From: a virus | Lineage: Duplodnaviria > Caudoviricetes | IMG/VR virus record: IMGVR_UViG_3300048025_000051 | Coordinates: 1-52,654 of that record | DNA: 52,654 nt | Reading direction: 5' to 3' (one strand) | Part shown: positions 16,586-24,600 of the stretch, one piece after another | How positions within the stretch are numbered: the stretch's first letter is position 1 | Layout: every line of letters begins with the position of its first letter | Program-made: the position numbers and the translations under genes | Notes under the pieces: model-generated | Databases searched by the model: none | What the model was told of the DNA's origin: nothing | What the model saw: only the letters and a program-made list of their open reading frames with translations

Positions 16586-16720
16586 GTGGCTAAATTAAAT
16601 TTATTTGCCTACAATGAAAAGGCAAAGGTACGTCGTCCAGGCGTTAAAGCAAAAACAAAAACTAGTAATAATAAACAAAGTAAAAATTATGTCAAAAAAT
16701 ACAGAGGACAAGGGCGTTAA
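16586..16720 (+). CDS. Small basic protein ending YRGQGR (not in ORF track)
   Basis: GTG start; MAKLNLFAYNEKAKVRRPGVKAKTKTSNNKQSKNYVKKYRGQGR. Confidence 0.5.
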   Translation: MAKLNLFAYNEKAKVRRPGVKAKTKTSNNKQSKNYVKKYRGQGR

Positions 16721-16853
16721 AAAAACGTGGTCATTATCGTTTGGTGTATACCCAGGTATATTGTTTGGTATGAGAACATACTCAGAGCCAAATCAAACTG
16801 CTCATGTTTTTTATCTACCGTTTGTAGATGTAGCATATGAAGTATTTAAGTAA
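16689..16853 (+). CDS. Small hypothetical protein
   Basis: WSLSFGVYPGILFGMRTY...YLPFVD; stop overlaps nrdB start; start uncertain. Confidence 0.55.
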   Translation: MSKNTEDKGVKKTWSLSFGVYPGILFGMRTYSEPNQTAHVFYLPFVDVAYEVFK

Positions 16854-17821
16854 TGGGTTTATTTGATGAGCGCATAGCGTACAAACCGTTTGAGTACCCT
16901 GAGTACTATACAGAAGGTTGGTTAAAGCAAGCACAGGCTTTTTGGTTACATACCGAAATACCCATGCAGGGCGATGTCAAAGACTGGAAAGAAAAATTAA
17001 ATGATAAAGAGAAAAATCTTGTTGGAAACATACTTCTTGGATTCGCGCAGACCGAATGTGCCGTTTCAGATTACTGGACCCAGAAGGTCGTATCGTGGTT
17101 TCCTAAACATGAGATACAACAAATGGCAATGATGTTTGGTTCGCAAGAAACAATACACGCTGTCGCATATAGTTATTTAAATGAAACACTTGGTCTTGAA
17201 AATTTCGAAGCTTTTCTCCACGAGCCTACAACTGCTGCAAGGTTTGACAATCTGGTTAGTTATAGCGGCACCGATCCTATCGGTATCGCTAAGTCTCTTG
17301 CTGTGTTTAGTGCTTTTGCTGAAGGGGTTAGCTTATACTCTGCATTTGCTGTACTTTATAGTTTCCAATTAAGAAACTTACTTAAAGGTATAGGTCAACA
17401 AATGAAATGGAGCGTAAGAGATGAGTCACTGCATAGCCGTATGGGCTGCAAACTATTTAGAGATATGTGCTCTGAAAATAATCAATTAAAAGATCTGTGT
17501 GAAAAAGATATAATAGTAGCTGCTGAAACTATGGTTAAGCTAGAAACAAATTATATTGATAAGATGTTTGAGATGGGTGATATAGAAGGCATCAAAGCAA
17601 ATGATCTAAAACACTTTATAAAAAAGAGAACAAATGAAAAACTGGTTGAACTTGGTTACAGCAACTTGGCGTCGCATTTTAAGTTTGACGACAATGCAGC
17701 AGGTAATCTTGATTGGTTCTATCATCTTACCGGCGGGCATACTCATACTGACTTTTTCGCAATCAGGTCAACGGATTATTCGAAGGCTAACGAGGGTGAG
17801 GACTTCGAGGATATTTGGTAG
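16853..17821 (+). CDS. nrdB: Class I ribonucleotide reductase beta subunit
   Basis: KPFEYP, ETIH...Y, AEG, RDESLH dimetal motifs; DFF...DY tail. Confidence 0.95.
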   Translation: MGLFDERIAYKPFEYPEYYTEGWLKQAQAFWLHTEIPMQGDVKDWKEKLNDKEKNLVGNILLGFAQTECAVSDYWTQKVVSWFPKHEIQQMAMMFGSQETIHAVAYSYLNETLGLENFEAFLHEPTTAARFDNLVSYSGTDPIGIAKSLAVFSAFAEGVSLYSAFAVLYSFQLRNLLKGIGQQMKWSVRDESLHSRMGCKLFRDMCSENNQLKDLCEKDIIVAAETMVKLETNYIDKMFEMGDIEGIKANDLKHFIKKRTNEKLVELGYSNLASHFKFDDNAAGNLDWFYHLTGGHTHTDFFAIRSTDYSKANEGEDFEDIW

Positions 17822-17856
17822 TTTATTAACTGAACAAGAATTATATAAAGAATTAT

Positions 17857-18093
17857 ATGAAGGGACAAAAACAGAGTAGAACAGATAACCTTGAGAAAAG
17901 AATGGCTGCAATGACTAATGTTGTTCAGGTATTAATAAAAGAGTTTGATAATTTAAAGACCATGGTGTTTGGTCAGCAAGAGATATTGAAACAATTAGAT
18001 GGTTACGAAAATGCGATCGATGAACTTAAAAAGAAAGTGGCTGAAGAGTCTAGTGATGGAACGTCGTTTGACACCGACGGAAAGATTAGCTAA
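17857..18093 (+). CDS. Hypothetical coiled-coil protein
   Basis: 78-aa helical ORF. Confidence 0.6.
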   Translation: MKGQKQSRTDNLEKRMAAMTNVVQVLIKEFDNLKTMVFGQQEILKQLDGYENAIDELKKKVAEESSDGTSFDTDGKIS

Positions 18094-18283
18094 TAGATTA
18101 GGGTATATGGGGACTGGTTTTTTTGTAACTGCTCCCCATTTATTACCTGACACACCAGGTATAGTAATATATTTTTTAGCTGGTTTATTTTGCACACCGC
18201 AAGTTTGGGTTGCAAAACAATGGAACTTAGTTATAGTTAATTTAAACGTGATGATAGCATACGCATTGCTATTTTTTAAATGA
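18056..18283 (+). CDS. Small multi-pass membrane protein (start re-called)
   Basis: Three hydrophobic segments; stop overlaps nrdA ATG. Confidence 0.65.
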   Translation: MERRLTPTERLANRLGYMGTGFFVTAPHLLPDTPGIVIYFLAGLFCTPQVWVAKQWNLVIVNLNVMIAYALLFFK

Positions 18284-20049
18284 TGTGGAATAATGAATGG
18301 AAAAAAGGAGTTGATTACCCGAGCTGGGGAGACACCGAAGTATACAAGAAGACTATATCCGGGGGATATTTATATATGGGAGAAACCCCAAGAGAAGCCT
18401 ACCAACGAGTTGCAACAACAGTAGCTAGACGATTATACAAACCAGAACTAGCAGATACTTTTTTTAATTACATATGGAAAGGTTGGTTGAACTTAGCTTC
18501 ACCTGTTTTATCTAACACTGGTACAGACAGAGGTCTACCTATTAGTTGTTTCGGTATTGATGTTGGTGATAGTATACATGATATTGGAGGTAAAAATTTA
18601 GAAATGATGCTACTCGCAAAGCACGGCGGTGGAGTTGGCATTGGTATTAATATGATCAGACCCGCTGGCGCTAAAATTACAGGCAATGGAACATCAGATG
18701 GAGTCGTACCTTTTTGCAAAATCTATGATAGCACAATCCTCGCTACCAATCAAGGATCTGTCAGAAGAGGAGCTGCGTCCGTTAATATCAACATTGAACA
18801 TGACGATTTCGAGGAATGGCTGGAGATACGAGAGCCTAAAGGAGATGTTAACAGACAGTCGCTTAATCTACATCAGTGCGCAGTTGTTGGTGATAAGTTT
18901 ATGCGAAAGCTTGAACAAGGAGATGCGGATGCTAGAAATAGATGGAGTAAACTTCTTAGAAAGCGAAAGTCAACTGGCGAACCGTACATTATGTTTAAAG
19001 GAAATACTAACAAAGCAAATCCAGAAGCTTACAAAGACAATGCTTTAAAGGTGCATATGACAAACATCTGCTCTGAAATTACATTGCACACAGATGAAAG
19101 CCATAGCTTTGTTTGCTGCCTGTCTAGTTTAAATGTTACTAAATATGAAGAATGGAAAAACACAAACCTTATCTATGATGCTACGTGGTTTCTTGATGGA
19201 GTTCTGGAAGAATTTATTCAAAAAGCTAAAGGGCTTAAAGGTTTTGGAAACTCTGTACGATCTGCTGAAAAAGGCAGAGCACTTGGCTTGGGAGTCCTTG
19301 GTTGGCATACGTACCTTCAACAGAATGGCATACCCTTCGAAGGATTGCAAGCCCAATTTGAAACGCGCCGTATATTTAGCCAAATTAAGATTGAATCTGA
19401 ACGAGCGTCAAGAGCACTTGCTGAGGTTTATGGCGAACCTCTTTGGTGTCGTGGGACTGGTTTTCGTAACACTCATCTTAGGGCTGTTGCTCCTACTGTG
19501 TCTAATAGTAAGCTTGCCGGTAATGTTAGTCCTGGCATTGAGCCTTGGGCCGCTAATGTTTTCACTGAACAAAGCGCGAAGGGTACGTTCATTAGGAAAA
19601 ACAAAGAGCTAGAAAAAGTTCTACGTAAAGCTAATATTAATACTAAAGAAACATGGGATAAGATCATGGCCGATGGTGGAAGTGTTCAAGATATTAAGGA
19701 GCTTGATGACTTTGGCTACGTTAACAGTAAGCTAGTGCGTTTATCTGAGCATGAATCGTTAGATCTAACGGGCTTTGATAAGGTTAAAGATGTATTTAAA
19801 ACATTCAAAGAAATAAACCAATTAGAGCTAGTTAATCAAGCTGGTATACGTCAGCAGTATATTGATCAATCAGTTAGTTTAAACTTAGCTTTTCCTTCTG
19901 AAGCTTCACCAAAGTGGATTAATCAAGTCCATATGGATGCTTGGAAGAAAGGAGTTAAGACTTTGTATTACATGCGGACTGAGTCAGTGTTACGAGGAGA
20001 TATAGCAGCAAGCGCTATGGATCCTGATTGTCTTGCTTGTGATGGGTAA
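18280..20049 (+). CDS. nrdA: Class I ribonucleotide reductase alpha subunit (no ATP cone)
   Basis: PISCF, GGGVG, TNICSEI, VCCLSSLN, APT, DQSVS, TLYY, C-terminal CLAC. Confidence 0.96.
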   Translation: MMWNNEWKKGVDYPSWGDTEVYKKTISGGYLYMGETPREAYQRVATTVARRLYKPELADTFFNYIWKGWLNLASPVLSNTGTDRGLPISCFGIDVGDSIHDIGGKNLEMMLLAKHGGGVGIGINMIRPAGAKITGNGTSDGVVPFCKIYDSTILATNQGSVRRGAASVNINIEHDDFEEWLEIREPKGDVNRQSLNLHQCAVVGDKFMRKLEQGDADARNRWSKLLRKRKSTGEPYIMFKGNTNKANPEAYKDNALKVHMTNICSEITLHTDESHSFVCCLSSLNVTKYEEWKNTNLIYDATWFLDGVLEEFIQKAKGLKGFGNSVRSAEKGRALGLGVLGWHTYLQQNGIPFEGLQAQFETRRIFSQIKIESERASRALAEVYGEPLWCRGTGFRNTHLRAVAPTVSNSKLAGNVSPGIEPWAANVFTEQSAKGTFIRKNKELEKVLRKANINTKETWDKIMADGGSVQDIKELDDFGYVNSKLVRLSEHESLDLTGFDKVKDVFKTFKEINQLELVNQAGIRQQYIDQSVSLNLAFPSEASPKWINQVHMDAWKKGVKTLYYMRTESVLRGDIAASAMDPDCLACDG

Positions 20050-20050
20050 T

Positions 20051-20085
20051 AAAAAAAAGGGCTCTCTTTCGAGGGCCCTTTCTTT
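20051..20085. terminator. Bidirectional intrinsic terminator between converging modules
   Basis: A-run, GGGCTCTC-TTTC-GAGGGCCC hairpin, T-rich tail. Confidence 0.85.
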
Positions 20086-20131
20086 ATTAGGAACTGTTGG
20101 GTATGGTACGCCCATTTTTTATTGTTCCTAT

Positions 20132-20485
20132 TTAATATGTCCAAATAACATTTGAAACTTTATCATTATCAATATCTATGTGTATGAAGTTCTTAGCGAC
20201 ACCTATTCTATTTATACCATGTTTTAAAAACAACTGAATAAGATTAAATCTATCTACACTATTATCGCAAGCTATATCTACAGCTAAACCTTTTAAATGA
20301 GATGACGCTGGTTTCCCACCAACTTTTTGGTTATGTGCTTCTGTACGATACCCAGAATTGATACTTATAGGTTTACCGTACTCTTCACGTATCATGTCAA
20401 GCTTGCTTAACATTTCCTTCCCCATCATCTGTCCACTGCCCTGTATATCAGGTGAGTCAAACTCTTCGTATTGAAAGTATTTCAT
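20132..20485 (-). CDS. Endolysin, peptidase M15A family (start re-called to ATG 20485)
   Basis: INSGYRT...HNQKVGG...SSHLKGLAVDI...FIHID. Confidence 0.88.
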   Translation of the reverse strand: MKYFQYEEFDSPDIQGSGQMMGKEMLSKLDMIREEYGKPISINSGYRTEAHNQKVGGKPASSHLKGLAVDIACDNSVDRFNLIQLFLKHGINRIGVAKNFIHIDIDNDKVSNVIWTY

Positions 20486-20487
20486 AA

Positions 20488-20904
20488 TCATTTTCCACAA
20501 GGCTCTCCTGTAGCCACATTAATCCAATTTTCTTTTTCAAACCAGTCACGTAATGTTGCTCCTTTTTTACGAGCACCTTTTACGTTTGACTTGCTAGATC
20601 TTTTGTAATCTCCTTTACCAGCAGCAGATCTTTTTGCTCTAATAACTTTATCTTTTTCTGCCTTACTCATTGACTTTACTTTAGCAGCAGGTAAACAAAC
20701 TTTCTTAGTACCTCCACCTTTTACTTTAGACTTCTTATTTAATGGAGATCTTAATGTCTTAGCATTAGCTAAAGCTTTATCATTACCAGTACCAATGCCA
20801 TAAGACGAAACTCTTTGTCTCATTTTATTAGTCTCAGGATTATGAAGCACACTAGCGTAGCAATGAGCTAATGGGCTTTCATTTAATTTTCTAACTTTGC
20901 CCAT
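20488..20904 (-). CDS. Basic hypothetical protein
   Basis: Lys-rich; KVCLP, LRDWFEKENW, GEPCG. Confidence 0.7.
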   Translation of the reverse strand: MGKVRKLNESPLAHCYASVLHNPETNKMRQRVSSYGIGTGNDKALANAKTLRSPLNKKSKVKGGGTKKVCLPAAKVKSMSKAEKDKVIRAKRSAAGKGDYKRSSKSNVKGARKKGATLRDWFEKENWINVATGEPCGK

Positions 20905-21041
20905 TACTTTTTCTTTTTACCCATTTTACCAGGACCACCAGCTTTAGTACATCTCACACCCCAACCAGAGGCATAAGCGCTGGGCCATACTTCAAACTTC
21001 TTTTTTGCTGCAGCCTTGCAGGGTCCACTAATTTTTCCCAT
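20904..21041 (-). CDS. Small basic protein (45 aa, not in ORF track)
   Basis: MGKISGPCKAAAKRKFEVWPSAYASGWGVRCTKAGGPGKMGKKKK; TAATG overlap. Confidence 0.65.
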   Translation of the reverse strand: MGKISGPCKAAAKKKFEVWPSAYASGWGVRCTKAGGPGKMGKKKK

Positions 21042-21043
21042 AA

Positions 21044-21385
21044 CTAATTTGTTTTTCTTCTATATATTTTCTGCTTATCTTCTCTTATAGCATAAGCTAT
21101 TTCTTCAGCTGTAAGTACCAACTTAAAGCTTAGGTCTGCTGACCACTGCCTTACGACTTTATTATCCTTCCACAATACTACAACAGGTACAGCTAATATT
21201 TGTTTCTGAAATGTCTTACTTTGATTTTCAAGTAAAGCGTATCTATATTTAGCACCTTCAATACTGTAAGGTAAGTCTATCTTATTTTTATTATTCCACT
21301 CAGCGTTTATTTGTACTACCTTATAATCTTGCGCTATAACTACTGATGAAATTAAAATTAATAGTAAATTAACAAGTGTTTTCAT
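21044..21385 (-). CDS. Exported thioredoxin-fold-like protein lacking CxxC
   Basis: Signal peptide; VVQINAEWN and ILAVPVVVLWKDNKVV patterns. Confidence 0.55.
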   Translation of the reverse strand: MKTLVNLLLILISSVVIAQDYKVVQINAEWNNKNKIDLPYSIEGAKYRYALLENQSKTFQKQILAVPVVVLWKDNKVVRQWSADLSFKLVLTAEEIAYAIREDKQKIYRRKTN

Positions 21386-21386
21386 T

Positions 21387-21671
21387 TTACATTTCTTCGA
21401 TTATTTCATATAGTTTTTCATCAATCTTATCTAACTTATCACTATTCTCTTCAACTTTGTCCTGCGTATTGATTATTGTTTCGCGAATAAGCTGATCTTT
21501 CAAATCGTATTCAGTTCGACTGATTGTAGGTTCAGGAAGTTCTTTAGCTAGTTCTATATCTTTTTTCAATGTAAAATACATTGCAGCGAGAGACACAGCG
21601 CCAACTACTACCATTCCTATGGTCTTCAAGTCAAGAGTTACTTTAGTATTTTCTCCAAGTTGTGTGGCCAT
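21387..21671 (-). CDS. Membrane-anchored coiled-coil protein
   Basis: One N-terminal TM helix followed by heptad repeats. Confidence 0.6.
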   Translation of the reverse strand: MATQLGENTKVTLDLKTIGMVVVGAVSLAAMYFTLKKDIELAKELPEPTISRTEYDLKDQLIRETIINTQDKVEENSDKLDKIDEKLYEIIEEM

Positions 21672-21680
21672 AATTTATGT

Positions 21681-24600
21681 TTATCTGTTTGTAGTTTTTC
21701 TTTCTTTACTTCTTCTTTTTGTTTGTCTAGTTTTTCTAGGTTGTGGTTTATTTTTCTTTGTCTCTTCTTTTATTCCTATTTCCCAGTCTTGCCAACCACC
21801 AAGCAAAGCTAATCTTTCCCATGTTTCAAGCTCACTATCAGAAGCTTTAGTAAGGTTGTTTATTTTCTTAACTGCTCTGTCTATAGGCAAGTTAGTTGTA
21901 GCTGAAACTACATTACCTACAGCTAAGTAAGCTGGGTTATCTAATCCCCAACCACCATTAATCATTTCGTCTTTATCCCATTTAAATGATCTTGCAGCTT
22001 GATTTATTTTAGATAGCTTAGAAGATATCGGTGGAGCTATTCTTTGTAAGTCAGCACCAACCTTTTCGTAATTAGGATTCTTCTTCTGAGACTCTTCTAT
22101 TATACGTATTATAGCATTTTTAGTTACTGACAATACGCCACCCGCTACACCTGTACCCCTTAATAAAGAGTCAGCCATGCCGTTAGCTATACCAATATAT
22201 TTATCTTTTTTCTCTGTGTCTGTAGGCTCTTCATCGTCAAACGCCATAGCAAACACGGCTTGTTGTAATGCGTTAAATAATAAATTTTGTACAGTAGAGT
22301 AATAAATTATTTTACTTACATTTGTTTTTCTATCACCTCTATTGTTTTTAAGATCACGTACAGATTTGTCTATTATTCTAGCATACTGAGACGGTGTGTT
22401 TTGAAAAGCTAATATTAATCTACCAAGCGGACCAGCTTGTTGCATTGATATACGGTCTGGTCTTGATGATTGCTGTGACTCTTCAGCTGTCTCTCTAAAA
22501 TCTTCAAACGCTTGAGTCTCAGCTTCAGCTTGAGACATTCCTTGTTTCATTAGAGATTTTATCCTGTTTCTATAAAACGTAGCTCCACCAGATGCAATAG
22601 CAAAACTATCCGCCACCTGTGTAGGTGTAAAACCAAATTGTAATAGTTTACTTATAACAGCTCTTGGTCCACCTTTCTTAGCCATATCAGCTATATCTGC
22701 TTCGTTTACATTCATGCGTAAACCAGATCTTCTAGCTTTTAAAAAGTCAGAATTTATAAGTTTAGAAAAGTCTGACCAGTATTGTTTTTGATTTGCAAAA
22801 GCTTTAGCCGCTGCAAGCGGATTGTTATCTGTAAAGTTTAAAAAGTTTATAGATGATAAGTTCTGTAACAATGCTGATCTAGAATTGAAGAACATAATAG
22901 CACCAATACTACCTTGCAACCAGTCTGTAAATCTAGCTGTTAAACTATCATCAGAGAAATTTCTATTTCGACCAGTCTTCATTCTGCCTAGCATGTTCTC
23001 CATAGCTTTACGCCACTTCTTACCATACACAGCTTCAAGTTTATTCATATTCTTTTCAGAGAATATAACATCAACATTGTTTTGCCATTGAGTTAAATAC
23101 TTAGCTCTAACACCTGTATTTATACTTTCTTGTATGTCAGTTGTTATCGTACCAGCTGGCCAACCTTCTTTAGGTTTAGTGTATTCACCTTTTTGTATAG
23201 CGATAACTTGGTCAGCAAACACTTGAAGATCAGCGTTTTCGGTTACATACTCTGTTAACTCTTTTAAATCTTGTTTACTAATACCTGGAACATCATAACC
23301 TTGCGTGTTCCAAATATAAACACGAACAGCTTGCTCTCTAGTAAATGGTTCACCTGGTACTTTTGCTCTTAGATTTTTAGGCACAAATCCTAATTGTTTT
23401 TTAAGAGCTCTATAATCAGCCATCACTGCTAGTCTAGCGTTGTCAATGTCATTTACAGCTCTAGCATAAGGATTAAGCAGGTGTGTTTTATACCAAGCCA
23501 TTTGAGCATCGCCAAGTTTACCTTTGCTAAGAGTTTCGTATAGTAAACCTACAAAGTCTTGAGCTGAATATGGTACACCTCTAAATACTCTACCAAGCGA
23601 AGCGCCTGCTACTTCTGCCTTTACTTTCTTATATTCTTTTTCCGATGCAATACCAGTTGTTTGTTCTAGTATATCGTTAAATCCTTTGTCTAAAGCTTCT
23701 GAGTTACTATATTTAACATAAGCTTGTCTTACTTTTGATTTAACATCTAGTACATTTAAAGCATTACGAACAGCTTTAACATTTTTATAAGCATCATCTG
23801 CAAAGTAAAAATCATTATAACCTTCAGCCGCTTTACTTACAACCCAGGTTGCTTTAGCTTCAGGTGTACTGTTACCTAGGCCTACAATATTTTTAAGAGG
23901 TATATCTAAACCTATTGCTTTTAAAAACTGGTGTATAGGTTCTGCAGCTGCTTGCGTTCTAGCTGTAAGTATGTATACATTATTGTTACCAAACTTTCTA
24001 TTACGAGCTACAGCTTTTTCAAACATAGGACCTTTACCACCTTCTGTTACTTTTTCAAACTCGCTAAAATCAAACTCAGCACCTTGCTGCAATAACTCGT
24101 CACCTTGTTTAGCAAATTCTTCTGCGTTTAAAACGCCTTCAGTCCCATCAGGCATAGTGTATAATACATTAGATTTAGTTGTAGCTAGTGTGTCATCAAA
24201 GTCCCAAACACTAATTCCTTTACTCTCAGCGTTAGCATCACGCGCGTTATCAATAGCTGTGTCTGACATTTTCATTATAGCTATTGTTTTTTCAACTGGT
24301 GTACCAGGGACATTTTCCGCTACTTTAAGTTGTTGCTCTGGATCAAGAGCTTCGTAAGATGTAATTCTACCTGACTTAACAGCGTCTGAATTAGCTTGCT
24401 CTGGAAACATTTGTCTAGCGACAATGTCAACCATACCAAACGAATCAAACGTACTTGGATCTTCTAGTCGTATATCAGCAGGAAGTTTTTTAGTGTTTGA
24501 ATAAGAAACTTTTACTTTTTCATCTAACTTAGTGTATTCATTTAAATACTTCTGCGCATTTTGTGGTGTTCTTTTACCGTCTATTACGTCAGCTACTAAT

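Noticed and set aside
24189-24203. DFDDT as the catalytic motif of a crAss-like virion RNA polymerase
   Set aside because: It fits HAD motif I (DxDxT), and downstream HAD motifs II-IV are present at the expected spacing.
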